A DNA stretch of 64,000 nucleotides, from assembly GCF_015057185.1 (NCBI RefSeq), contig NZ_SVEV01000009.1, positions 19,672-83,671 on the forward strand, in the 5' to 3' direction. The notes below the pieces were generated by a model, which saw only the letters and a list, made by a program, of their open reading frames with translations, was not told the DNA's origin and made no database searches. Origin of the DNA: Pseudobutyrivibrio sp. (GTDB taxonomy: Bacteria > Bacillota > Clostridia > Lachnospirales > Lachnospiraceae). Below, in pieces: positions 1 to 10,444 of the stretch (its first letter is position 1; each line of letters begins with the position of its first letter). The translations under genes and the position numbers were made by a program.

Positions 1-1368
1 GCTATGCAGGGTGAGCTCCTTGAGTTCCCTGGTGAAGTTTACGGCATGGTCTTAAACCTTGAGGAAGACAATGTTGGTTGTGTTCTTTTAGGAAACGATA
101 AGAATATCAACGAAGGCGATACAGTAAAGACTACTGGTCGTGTTGTTGAGGTTCCTGTTGGAAATGCAATGTTAGGACGTGTAGTAAATGCACTTGGACA
201 GCCTATTGATGGAAAGGGACCTATTGATTCCTCTAAATTCCGTCCAATTGAGCGTGTAGCATCAGGTGTTATTTCGCGTAAATCCGTAGATACTCCGCTG
301 CAGACAGGTATTAAAGCTATCGATTCCATGATTCCTATCGGACGTGGACAGCGTGAGCTTATTATCGGTGATAGACAGACAGGTAAAACTGCTATCGCTA
401 TTGATACAATTATCAATCAAAAGGGACAGGGCGTAAAATGTATTTACGTTGCAATTGGCCAGAAGGCTTCTACAGTTGCAGCCCTTGTTAAAACATTAGA
501 AGAATATGGTGCTATGGCATGGACAACAGTAGTTGCAGCTACAGCATCAGAGCTTGCACCACTTCAGTATATCGCTCCTTACTCAGGATGCGCTATCGGT
601 GAAGAGTGGATGGAGAATGGAGAGGACGTACTCATCATTTATGATGATTTGAGTAAGCATGCTACTGCATACCGTACACTCTCATTACTTCTTCGCCGTC
701 CACCAGGACGTGAGGCTTACCCAGGTGATGTATTCTACTTACACTCAAGACTTCTTGAGCGTGCAGCTAGACTTTCTGATAAGCTGGGCGGTGGCTCACT
801 TACAGCATTACCTATCATTGAGACACAGGCAGGCGATGTATCTGCATACATTCCTACAAACGTTATCTCAATTACTGATGGTCAGATTTATCTTGAGACA
901 GAAGCTTTCAACGCAGGTTTCAGACCAGCCGTTAACGCAGGTCTTTCAGTATCCCGTGTAGGTGGTTCTGCTCAGATTAAGGCTATGAAGAAAATCGCAG
1001 CTCCTATCCGTGTTGAGCTTGCTCAGTACAGAGAGCTTGCAGCTTTTGCACAGTTTGGTTCAGAGCTTGATGCTGATACAGCTGAAAAGCTTGCACAAGG
1101 TGAGAGAATCAAAGAGATGCTTAAGCAGCCACAGTATGCTCCAATGCCTGTAGAGTATCAGATTATGATTATCTACGCTGCTACAAAGAAATATCTTCTT
1201 GATATTCCAACAGCAGATATTCAGGCTTTCGAAAAGGCATTGTTTGATTTAGTTGATACTAAATATCCAGAGGTTCCAGAGGCTATTAGAACAACTAAGG
1301 TTCTTGAGGACGATATGGAACAGAAGCTAATTAAGGCTATCGAGGAGTGTAAAAAGAGCTACAAGTAA
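1..1368 (+). CDS. atpA: F0F1 ATP synthase subunit alpha (5' end cut by window edge)
   Basis: ORF is open to the window start. Walker A GDRQTGKT and typical alpha-subunit sequence. Followed by gamma, beta and epsilon genes. Confidence 0.97.
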   Translation, partial: AMQGELLEFPGEVYGMVLNLEEDNVGCVLLGNDKNINEGDTVKTTGRVVEVPVGNAMLGRVVNALGQPIDGKGPIDSSKFRPIERVASGVISRKSVDTPLQTGIKAIDSMIPIGRGQRELIIGDRQTGKTAIAIDTIINQKGQGVKCIYVAIGQKASTVAALVKTLEEYGAMAWTTVVAATASELAPLQYIAPYSGCAIGEEWMENGEDVLIIYDDLSKHATAYRTLSLLLRRPPGREAYPGDVFYLHSRLLERAARLSDKLGGGSLTALPIIETQAGDVSAYIPTNVISITDGQIYLETEAFNAGFRPAVNAGLSVSRVGGSAQIKAMKKIAAPIRVELAQYRELAAFAQFGSELDADTAEKLAQGERIKEMLKQPQYAPMPVEYQIMIIYAATKKYLLDIPTADIQAFEKALFDLVDTKYPEVPEAIRTTKVLEDDMEQKLIKAIEECKKSYK

Positions 1369-1383
1369 GGAGGGTGATCTGTT

Positions 1384-2250
1384 ATGGCCTCAATGAGAGA
1401 CATAAAAAGAAGAAAACAGAGTGTTAGTAGCACTCAGCAGATCACTAAGGCCATGAAGCTTGTATCTACAGTAAAGCTCCAGAAGGCTCGTACCAAGGCA
1501 GAGCAGACTACACCATACTTCAACGCTATGTACAACACGATTTGTAGTATGCTTGCTAAGGCAGGAGCAGTTAACAATAAATACCTTAGAGACAATGGTT
1601 CAGAAAAAATTGGCGTTATCGTCATTACTTCTAACCGCGGTCTTGCAGGTGGTTACAACTCCAACGTTGTAAAACAGATAACTGGTTCTGATATGAAGCC
1701 TGAGGATGTAAAGCTTTACGTTATAGGACATAAGGGCGGTGAAAGCCTTTCTCATAAGGGATATACAATTGAGAAGGATTATTCTCCAGTAATGGAGGCA
1801 CCTACCTATGCAGATGCAATGGCTATCTGCAAGGATGTCCTTGAAGCATATGCAAGTGGGGATATCGGGCAGATTTACCTTGTTTATACTCACTTCAAAA
1901 ACACAGTTAGCCAAATTCCAAAGCTTATGAAGCTACTTCCAGCAGAGGTTGCTGAAGAGGATGTTGAGGCAGTAAAGAGTGCCGGTCCAGAGGCTCTTAT
2001 GAATTTTGAGCCAAACGAAGAGGAAGCTCTTGACCTTATCGTTCCTAAATACGTAACTTCTCTTGTATATGGTGCATTAGTAGAGGCTGTTGCCTCAGAA
2101 AATGGTGCCAGAATGCAAGCAATGGATTCAGCAACAAACAACGCTGAGGAAATTATTAGTGATCTATCATTAAAATACAATCGTGCCCGCCAGGGATCAA
2201 TTACTCAGGAATTGACCGAGATTATCGCTGGTGCAGAGGCTTTAAGCTAA
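1384..2250 (+). CDS. atpG: F0F1 ATP synthase subunit gamma
   Basis: 288 aa. Conserved N-terminus (IKRRKQSVSSTQQITKAMKLVS) and C-terminus (ITQELTEIIAGAEAL). Sits between the alpha and beta genes. Confidence 0.95.
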   Translation: MASMRDIKRRKQSVSSTQQITKAMKLVSTVKLQKARTKAEQTTPYFNAMYNTICSMLAKAGAVNNKYLRDNGSEKIGVIVITSNRGLAGGYNSNVVKQITGSDMKPEDVKLYVIGHKGGESLSHKGYTIEKDYSPVMEAPTYADAMAICKDVLEAYASGDIGQIYLVYTHFKNTVSQIPKLMKLLPAEVAEEDVEAVKSAGPEALMNFEPNEEEALDLIVPKYVTSLVYGALVEAVASENGARMQAMDSATNNAEEIISDLSLKYNRARQGSITQELTEIIAGAEALS

Positions 2251-2317
2251 TCAATAGTTTCAGAGAAACTGTTGATTACAGCACATCCTTGCCGCAGGCA
2301 ACTTAAGATGGATGTGC
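2251..2317 (+). promoter_or_regulatory. Two stem-loops in the atpG-atpD intergenic spacer
   Basis: A 10-bp stem at 2251-2260/2266-2275. An 8-bp perfect stem at 2281-2288/2310-2317 encloses a 5-bp stem at 2289-2293/2297-2301. No U-tract follows. Confidence 0.4.
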
Positions 2318-2335
2318 AACCCGCAAATAAAATAA

Positions 2336-3742
<1,407 letters not shown>

Positions 3743-3752
3743 GAGGTGGCAA

Positions 3753-4157
3753 ATGGCAGATAACACCTTTAAAGTTTCAATCATAACGCCTGAGCGGACC
3801 TTTTATGAAGGAGAGGCTACAATGGTTGAATTTAATACAGTCGAAGGACAGATAGGTGTGTTTCCAAAGCACATTCCTTTGACAACTGTTATTGCGCCGG
3901 GTATTTGCACAATCCACGAGGCAGAATCTGAGAAAAAGGCTGCAGTTCATGCGGGACTTGCTGAGGTTTTACCTGATAAGGTTACAATATTAGCGGAGAT
4001 TGCTGAGTGGCCAGATGAGATTGATTTAAATCGTGCCCGCAGCGCAGAAGATAGAGCTAGAGAACGCCTTGAGAAAAAGGACGAAGGAATTGATGTTCTC
4101 AGAGCAGAAATAGCTCTTAAGAAAGCTTTAGTTAGACAAGATATTCTTGCTAAATAA
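3753..4157 (+). CDS. atpC: F0F1 ATP synthase subunit epsilon
   Basis: 134 aa with typical epsilon N-terminal beta-sandwich sequence and a helical C-terminus. Last gene of the atp cluster. Confidence 0.9.
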   Translation: MADNTFKVSIITPERTFYEGEATMVEFNTVEGQIGVFPKHIPLTTVIAPGICTIHEAESEKKAAVHAGLAEVLPDKVTILAEIAEWPDEIDLNRARSAEDRARERLEKKDEGIDVLRAEIALKKALVRQDILAK

Positions 4158-4169
4158 GGAGGCATGACC

Positions 4170-4397
4170 ATGATAGATGCTGATACAAAAAGAGATATCG
4201 AAGACCTCAAAAGACAATTAAAAACCTTTGAGGATGAAGAAGCTCAGTTACTTAAAGAGCTTGAGACCTGTCGTGCTCGTAAAACAGAAATTAAAGATAA
4301 GCTCAAGGTCCTAAGTAATGACGATAAGTACCAGCAGGATATGCTGGCTATGGTCTATCAGCAGCGTCATGGCGCAGGCAAAAAACCAAGTGAATAA
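4170..4397 (+). CDS. Small coiled-coil hypothetical protein
   Basis: ORF 4164..4397. The second ATG (4170) lies 7 nt after SD AAGGAGG (4156-4162). Charged heptad-like sequence; no family recognised. Confidence 0.5.
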   Translation: MIDADTKRDIEDLKRQLKTFEDEEAQLLKELETCRARKTEIKDKLKVLSNDDKYQQDMLAMVYQQRHGAGKKPSE

Positions 4398-4410
4398 AAA
4401 ATAATATTTT

Positions 4411-4440
4411 TGGCGTCGCATTTTGCGGCGCCATTTTTTA
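4411..4440 (+). terminator. Rho-independent terminator of the atp operon
   Basis: GC-rich hairpin tggcgtcgc/gcggcgcca followed by a T-run. Confidence 0.8.
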
Positions 4441-4564
4441 TAGAAACTTAAGAAATACTAAATCTGGCTTGCATAATCTCTAAAATGTTTAATGTGATAT
4501 AATATAATCTGACTTCGCTAAAGCTGGGAAGTCAGAGACTATTATTTAGTTTGGAGGAAATGCA

Positions 4565-5068
4565 ATGGGCGAAAGACTTACACAAAGTGATGTAGATAAA
4601 ATACAGGCAGAAATTGATGAGCGTAAGCTTGTACTTAGACCAAAGCTTCTTGAAGAGGTTAAGGAGACCAGAGCGCAGGGAGATTTATCAGAGAATTTTG
4701 AGTATCACGAAGCAAAACGTGCTAAGAACATGAATGATAGCCGTATCAGATACCTAGAGAAAATGCTCAAATTTGCTGATGTAATAGATGATAGCAGTGC
4801 AGAAGATGAGGTAGGTATTAACAACACAGTTACTATCTATATTCCAGAGGATGATTGTGAGGAAACATACAAGCTTGTTACAAGTATCAGGGGAAACTCA
4901 CTTAAAGGGTTAATTTCCATCGAATCGCCGCTTGGTTCCGCAATACGTGGCAAACATGTTGGTGACAGAGTCATGGTCAAAGTAAACGATGATTATTCCT
5001 ACGAAGTGGAAATTAGATTGATAGACAAGTCAACTACCGACGAAGATGACGCCATTAAAGAATATTAA
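4565..5068 (+). CDS. GreA-family transcription elongation factor (paralogue 1)
   Basis: 167 aa. N-terminal coiled coil with GDLSENFEYHEAK acidic tip and a C-terminal FKBP-like domain pattern. Confidence 0.85.
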   Translation: MGERLTQSDVDKIQAEIDERKLVLRPKLLEEVKETRAQGDLSENFEYHEAKRAKNMNDSRIRYLEKMLKFADVIDDSSAEDEVGINNTVTIYIPEDDCEETYKLVTSIRGNSLKGLISIESPLGSAIRGKHVGDRVMVKVNDDYSYEVEIRLIDKSTTDEDDAIKEY

Positions 5069-5092
5069 ATATTGGTCTGACACGAATCTACC

Positions 5093-5121
5093 AAAAGCTG
5101 CCTGTATACGACAGCTTTTTT
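5093..5121 (+). terminator. Rho-independent terminator
   Basis: Hairpin aaaagctg...cagctttt followed by Ts. Confidence 0.7.
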
Positions 5122-5259
5122 CTATTACATACGAATAGAATTTACACTCAATAAATGGTATAGTTATTGTAGATTTTTATGAGAAAATTCCAGCTAGTGG
5201 ATGACTTAGTCAAAAGCTTGTTGGTATTTATGAGAAATATAGTTAGGAGAGTAATTTAA

Positions 5260-6696
5260 ATGGCAGTTTTAAGTGGTTTAAAGCCAGAGAGAGTATTTCA
5301 TTATTTCGAGGAAATATGTTCAATTCCTCACCCAAGTTATCATGAAGAAAAGATTAGTGCTTATCTTGTAGATTTTGCAAAGGCACATAACTTAGAGTAT
5401 TACCAGGATGATTTATACAATGTCATCATGATCAAGGAAGCATCTGAGGGCAAGGAGAATGTAGCTCCTATTATCCTTCAGGGCCACATGGACATGGTTG
5501 CAGAGCAGGATCCAGATTGCACAAAGAACATGCTTGAAGAAGGTCTTGACCTTGAAATCGTAGATGGATTTGTTACTGCAAAGGGCACTACACTTGGTGG
5601 TGATGATGGTATCGCAGTTGCTATGGCTCTTGCTATTTTAGAGGACGAGGAGCTCAAGCATCCACGTCTTGAGGTTATTATCACTGTTTCTGAGGAAGTA
5701 GGAATGGAAGGTGCAGCAGGCATTGATGTTTCTATGCTTAAGGGCCGCAAGCTTCTCAACCTTGACTCAGAAGAAGAAGGACATTTCTTAGCAGGCTGTG
5801 CAGGCGGATGTCGCATGGATGTTAAATATCCATTTAACAAAACTGAGCTTAAGGGTGCACTTGTTACAGTTAATGTTAAGGATTGTACAGGTGGACATTC
5901 TGGAGCAGAAATCAACAAGGGTAGAGCAAATGCTACACACATTGCAAACAGAATTCTTTGCGCAGGTGTTGAGGCAGGCGAGATTTGTCTTGTTGATTAT
6001 GTTGGTGGAACAAAGGATAACGCTATCCCACGTGCTACAGTTGCAAAGGTTGTTGCAGCAGCTGATGCTATTTCAGCAATGGAGACAGAGGCAAAGGCTA
6101 TCATCAATGAATATGCAATTACTGACCCTGAGATGAAAATTGATATCGTTAACGAGGGTAACGTAGTTGTTGATGGTGTTAATGCTTCAGATTCAAGAAG
6201 AGTTATTGAGCTTATTAACTGCATGCCAAATGGTATTCAGACAATGAGCCACGACATAGAAGGCTTAGTAGAGACTTCATTGAACTTAGGAATCCTTAAT
6301 TTACTTGAGGATGGACTTCAGTTCTCATGCTCACTTAGAAGCTCAGTTGATAGCGCTAAGACAGCACTTATGAGAAAGGTTTCTATGGTTGGTAAGGCAT
6401 TCGGTTGCGAGATTTCTGTACACGGTGAATATCCAGCATGGGAATATGTTAGAGAGTCAGCCTTCAGAGATGAGCTTGTAAAAATCTACAAGGACATGAC
6501 TGGAAAAGAGGCAATCGTTGAAACAATTCACGCTGGAGTAGAGTGCGGACTTTTAGCATCAAAACTTCCAGGTCTTGATGGCGTTTCAATCGGACCAGAG
6601 ATGTACGATATTCATACTCCAAAGGAGCGTTTATCAATTGCTTCTACAGAGAGAATATACAATTACGTAAGAAGGGTTATTCAAGAAAGTAAATAA
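5260..6696 (+). CDS. pepD: Aminoacyl-histidine dipeptidase (M20 family, PepD-like)
   Basis: 478 aa. Motifs LQGHMDMV and GTTLGGDDGIAVA, typical of PepD/Xaa-His dipeptidases. Confidence 0.88.
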   Translation: MAVLSGLKPERVFHYFEEICSIPHPSYHEEKISAYLVDFAKAHNLEYYQDDLYNVIMIKEASEGKENVAPIILQGHMDMVAEQDPDCTKNMLEEGLDLEIVDGFVTAKGTTLGGDDGIAVAMALAILEDEELKHPRLEVIITVSEEVGMEGAAGIDVSMLKGRKLLNLDSEEEGHFLAGCAGGCRMDVKYPFNKTELKGALVTVNVKDCTGGHSGAEINKGRANATHIANRILCAGVEAGEICLVDYVGGTKDNAIPRATVAKVVAAADAISAMETEAKAIINEYAITDPEMKIDIVNEGNVVVDGVNASDSRRVIELINCMPNGIQTMSHDIEGLVETSLNLGILNLLEDGLQFSCSLRSSVDSAKTALMRKVSMVGKAFGCEISVHGEYPAWEYVRESAFRDELVKIYKDMTGKEAIVETIHAGVECGLLASKLPGLDGVSIGPEMYDIHTPKERLSIASTERIYNYVRRVIQESK

Positions 6697-6753
6697 CCAT
6701 AAAGAAAGTAAATAATTAATTGAAGGGTTTTGCACGAGGAAGGAGAAGAGACT

Positions 6754-7827
6754 ATGTTTAGAATCGGAATGCTTACTAGTGGTGGTGACTGCCAAGCTTT
6801 GAACGCTGCTATGCGTGGTGTTGTAAAGGGTTTGGCTGCAAATGTAAAGGATCTGGAAGTATACGGATTCTTTAATGGCTATAAGGGCCTTATCTATGGG
6901 GACTACAGGCTCCTTACCAGCTCAGATTTTTCCGGTATTCTTACACGAGGCGGTACTATTTTGGGCTCTAGCCGTCAGCCATTCAAGCTCATGCGCGAGC
7001 CAGATGAAAATGGACTTGATAAGGTAGAGGCTATGAAGTCAAATTACTACAAGCTCAATTTACAGTGCCTTGTTATCTTAGGTGGTAACGGTACTCAAAA
7101 GACAGCTAATTTGCTTCGTGAAGAAGGTCTTAACATAATCCATCTTCCAAAGACCATTGATAATGATATCTTTGGCACTGATTTCACATTTGGATTCCAA
7201 AGTGCCATCGATATTGCATGTAATACAATAGATTGCATCCATACTACTGCTTCATCTCACAGCCGCGTATTTATCGTTGAGGTTATGGGACACAAGGTTG
7301 GTTGGCTGACCTTGTATGCGGGAGTTGCTTCAGGAGCTGATATTATTTTGCTTCCAGAGATACCATATGATATCAAAAAGGTAGTAAAAGCAATTAATAA
7401 GCGTGCTGAGGAAGGCAAGGGCTTTACTATTCTTGCAGTTGCTGAGGGTGCTATCTCAAAAGAAGATGCAAAGCTTTCAAAGAAGGATTACAAGAAAAAA
7501 TTAGAGACTTCTAAATACCCATCAGTTTCATATGAAATTGCAGACAGAATTCAAAAGGAAACAGGTATTGAGGTTCGAGTTACTGTACCTGGTCACATGC
7601 AGCGAGGCGGTAGCCCAGATCCTTATGATAGAGTTCTTTGTACACGCCTTGGCTCAGCAGCCGCTGCAGCTATTATGGATGGCGACTATGGCAATATGAT
7701 TGCTATGGTAGATGGCAAAACAAAGCGTGTACCACTTGAAAAGGTAGCTGGAAAGCTAAAAATGGTTGAGCCAGATTGCCAGATGATTGAAGAGGCAAAA
7801 CGAATCGGAATTAGTTTCGGTGATTAA
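6754..7827 (+). CDS. pfkA: 6-phosphofructokinase
   Basis: Motifs GGDCQALN, RGGTILGSSR, PKTIDND and MQRGG. ATG 6754 is preceded by SD AGGAGAAGAG; the listed TTG 6730 start is less likely. Confidence 0.9.
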   Translation: MFRIGMLTSGGDCQALNAAMRGVVKGLAANVKDLEVYGFFNGYKGLIYGDYRLLTSSDFSGILTRGGTILGSSRQPFKLMREPDENGLDKVEAMKSNYYKLNLQCLVILGGNGTQKTANLLREEGLNIIHLPKTIDNDIFGTDFTFGFQSAIDIACNTIDCIHTTASSHSRVFIVEVMGHKVGWLTLYAGVASGADIILLPEIPYDIKKVVKAINKRAEEGKGFTILAVAEGAISKEDAKLSKKDYKKKLETSKYPSVSYEIADRIQKETGIEVRVTVPGHMQRGGSPDPYDRVLCTRLGSAAAAAIMDGDYGNMIAMVDGKTKRVPLEKVAGKLKMVEPDCQMIEEAKRIGISFGD

Positions 7828-7854
7828 TTATTAGAATTAGGTAGGTAAACTAGT

Positions 7855-9447
7855 ATGTCCTATATGGCATTGTATAGAAAGTTCAGACCACAAGTCTTTG
7901 ATGATGTTAAGGGTCAGGACCATATCGTAACAACATTAAAAAACCAAGTGAAAAATGACCGTATAGGACATGCATACCTTTTTACAGGAACTAGAGGTAC
8001 AGGAAAGACTACTGTTGCCAAGATTCTTGCCAGAGCAGTTAATTGCGAGAATCCAATAGATGGATGCCCATGTATGGAATGTGCCATGTGCAAATCCATA
8101 ACAGACGGTACCTCGATGAATGTAATTGAGATGGATGCTGCATCAAACAATGGTGTAGAGGACATCCGTAAAATTAAAGAAGAAGTTTCCTATGGACCTA
8201 CTCAGGGTAAATACAAGGTCTATATCATTGATGAGGCTCATATGCTTACAGATGCAGCTGAAAATGCATTGCTGAAGACACTAGAGGAGCCACCTTCATA
8301 TGTTATTTTTATTCTAGCAACAACTGAGGTTGATAGAATCCAGATTACTATCAGAAGTAGATGTCAGCGATATGATTTCCATCGTATTTCCATTGACACA
8401 ATAGCTGGTCGACTTCAGGAATTAATGGATAAAGAAAACATCGAAGTAGAAGAAAAGGCTATTCGCTACATTGCAAAGGCAGCTGATGGTTCAATGCGTG
8501 ATGCATTGAGTCTTCTTGACCAGTGTATAGCATTTTACATTGGACAAAAGCTTACCTATGACAATGTACTAAAAGTACTTGGCGCCACAGATAACGAAGT
8601 TTTCTCTAGACTGACTCGTAGCGTAGTAGGCGGTCAGGTTATGGACTGCGTATCAGTTCTTGAGGATGTTATTAATCAGGGACGTGATATGAACCAGTTT
8701 GTAAATGATTTTACATGGTATCTTAGAAATCTGATGCTTATTAAGAGCGCAGACAACATGGAAGATGCAGTAGAAATGTCTTCTGACAATCTTGCTCTTT
8801 TAAAAGAAGAAGCTCAGATGATTGACACAGAGATTTTGATGCGATACATTCAGGTTCTGTCAGCATTGTCAAACGACATCAAATTCGCTAGTCAAAAAAG
8901 AGTGCTTATTGAAATAGCTCTTATTAAATTATGCAAGCCAGAAATGGAGCAGGATATATCTGCTCTTAACAATAGAATTGCAAATCTTGAAAAAAAGGTT
9001 GAGGCTGGAGTTCCTGTAATCATGGCACCTGCAGCAGCAAATGCAGGACCAGCACCCAGTGCAGCTCCTATAAAAAAGGAGCCACTTCCAGCAGCTGTAC
9101 CTGAAGAGGTTAAACAGATTTCCCAGCAATGGAGCTCTGTTCTTGGAAAGGTTCCAGCAAATATAAAGATTTGTCTCAAAGAGGTAAATACAGTTACAGT
9201 TAACGAAGCTGGAGACTTGGTATTGGTTTATGACCAGCCAGAGGGTTCAGGCAGAATGTACGGTGATTTGGCAGCTAGACCAGAGGTTATAGAAGAGGTT
9301 CAGCAGGTCATTGAGCAGATGATTCAAAAAACTGTAAATGTAAAAGTAGAAATCAATTCAAGCGGAGTAGGCTCACAAAATACAATGACTGATGTGAGAG
9401 ATTATTTCGCTAGTGTAGGAGTAGAGGTCGAGTCAGACCCAGTATAG
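7855..9447 (+). CDS. dnaX: DNA polymerase III subunit gamma/tau
   Basis: 530 aa. Walker A GTRGTGKTT, zinc module CxxC...CxxC, SRC motif (RSRCQ) and a Pro/Ala linker. Followed by ybaB-recR, as in other Firmicutes. Confidence 0.96.
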   Translation: MSYMALYRKFRPQVFDDVKGQDHIVTTLKNQVKNDRIGHAYLFTGTRGTGKTTVAKILARAVNCENPIDGCPCMECAMCKSITDGTSMNVIEMDAASNNGVEDIRKIKEEVSYGPTQGKYKVYIIDEAHMLTDAAENALLKTLEEPPSYVIFILATTEVDRIQITIRSRCQRYDFHRISIDTIAGRLQELMDKENIEVEEKAIRYIAKAADGSMRDALSLLDQCIAFYIGQKLTYDNVLKVLGATDNEVFSRLTRSVVGGQVMDCVSVLEDVINQGRDMNQFVNDFTWYLRNLMLIKSADNMEDAVEMSSDNLALLKEEAQMIDTEILMRYIQVLSALSNDIKFASQKRVLIEIALIKLCKPEMEQDISALNNRIANLEKKVEAGVPVIMAPAAANAGPAPSAAPIKKEPLPAAVPEEVKQISQQWSSVLGKVPANIKICLKEVNTVTVNEAGDLVLVYDQPEGSGRMYGDLAARPEVIEEVQQVIEQMIQKTVNVKVEINSSGVGSQNTMTDVRDYFASVGVEVESDPV

Positions 9448-9464
9448 AAAGAGAGGATTTAAAA

Positions 9465-9806
9465 ATGGGAAAAGGTAGAGGCGGATTTCCAGGTGGAGCA
9501 ATGGGTGGAGCAAACATGGCTAACCTTATGAAGCAGGCACAGCGTATGCAGCGCCAGATGGAAGAAGCTCAGGCAAAATTAGAGGAAACAGAAGTTACTG
9601 GTACAGCAGGTGGCGGTGTTGTTGAGGTTACTTGCACAGGAGCAAAGGAAATCACAAAGGTACATATTGATCCAGAAGCTGTTGATCCAGAGGACGTAGA
9701 GATGCTTGAGGACCTTGTTATGGCTGCTACAAATGAAGCTCTTCACAAAATCGATGAGATTACAGCAGCATCTATGCCAAAGATGCCTGGAGGATTAGGA
9801 TTTTAA
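9465..9806 (+). CDS. ybaB: YbaB/EbfC family nucleoid-associated protein
   Basis: 113 aa with the typical MANLMKQAQRMQ...GGGVVEV sequence. Conserved dnaX-ybaB-recR synteny. Confidence 0.93.
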   Translation: MGKGRGGFPGGAMGGANMANLMKQAQRMQRQMEEAQAKLEETEVTGTAGGGVVEVTCTGAKEITKVHIDPEAVDPEDVEMLEDLVMAATNEALHKIDEITAASMPKMPGGLGF

Positions 9807-9810
9807 TTAA

Positions 9811-10410
9811 ATGGAATACTACAGCAAAGAAATTAGCAATTTAATAGCAGAGCTAAGTGATTTGCCTAGCATTGGAAGTAAGTCAGCCCAGAGGCTGGCT
9901 TTCCATATATTAGGGATGGATGAAGAAAAAGTAAATGACCTTGCAAATGCCATTATTCAAGCAAGGAAAAACGTTAGATATTGTAAGCAATGCTATACCT
10001 TGACGGATGATGAACTTTGCCCGATTTGTTCAAATCCAAAGCGAAATCAGAATGTTATCATGGTTGTAGAGGATACACGTGATTTAGCAGCTTATGAAAA
10101 GACTTGCAAGTATGAGGGCGTTTACCATGTGCTTCATGGAGCAATTTCTCCTATGGCAGGTATTGGACCAGGAGATATTAAGCTCAAGGAATTGATGGTT
10201 CGTCTGCAGCAAAATGATGTAGAAGAAGTCATAGTAGCCACCAACTCATCTCTCGAGGGGGAGACTACCGCAGCTTATATCAGCAAGCTTATCAAGCCTA
10301 CAGGTATAAAGGTCAGCCGTATTGCATCAGGTGTGCCAGTCGGTGGCAACTTAGAATATATCGATGAAGTCACATTACTTCGTGCCCTTGATGGCAGAAC
10401 AGAATTATAA
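9811..10410 (+). CDS. recR: Recombination protein RecR
   Basis: 199 aa. HhH N-terminus, C4 zinc finger CKQC...CPIC and a Toprim domain. Confidence 0.96.
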   Translation: MEYYSKEISNLIAELSDLPSIGSKSAQRLAFHILGMDEEKVNDLANAIIQARKNVRYCKQCYTLTDDELCPICSNPKRNQNVIMVVEDTRDLAAYEKTCKYEGVYHVLHGAISPMAGIGPGDIKLKELMVRLQQNDVEEVIVATNSSLEGETTAAYISKLIKPTGIKVSRIASGVPVGGNLEYIDEVTLLRALDGRTEL

Positions 10411-10417
10411 AAAATGA

Positions 10418-10440
10418 AGCCGAGGAAATCCTCGGCTTTT
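10418..10440. terminator. Bidirectional terminator between recR and the Rpn-like gene
   Basis: Hairpin agccgagg-aaat-cctcggct flanked by an A-run (5') and a T-run (3'). Confidence 0.8.
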
Positions 10441-10444
10441 ATTG

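Noticed and set aside
39-961. ORFs 39..416 (-) and 659..961 (+) inside atpA, and many similar 60-160-aa ORFs nested in or antisense to large genes (for example 5478..5942, 22185..22736, 26396..27823, 45171..45930, 49540..50102, 51160..51576, 56019..56852).
   Set aside because: These are shadow ORFs within strongly supported conserved genes. They have low-complexity or odd composition, no SD and no family resemblance.
7828-7854. SRP RNA (ffs/scr), which often precedes dnaX in Firmicutes.
   Set aside because: Only 27 nt separate pfkA and dnaX, which leaves no room for an RNA gene.
8893-8901. The A-rich run CAAAAAAGA in dnaX as a third slippery site.
   Set aside because: It is out of phase. 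The zero-frame codons are CAA AAA AGA, so it does not form an X XXY YYZ heptamer.
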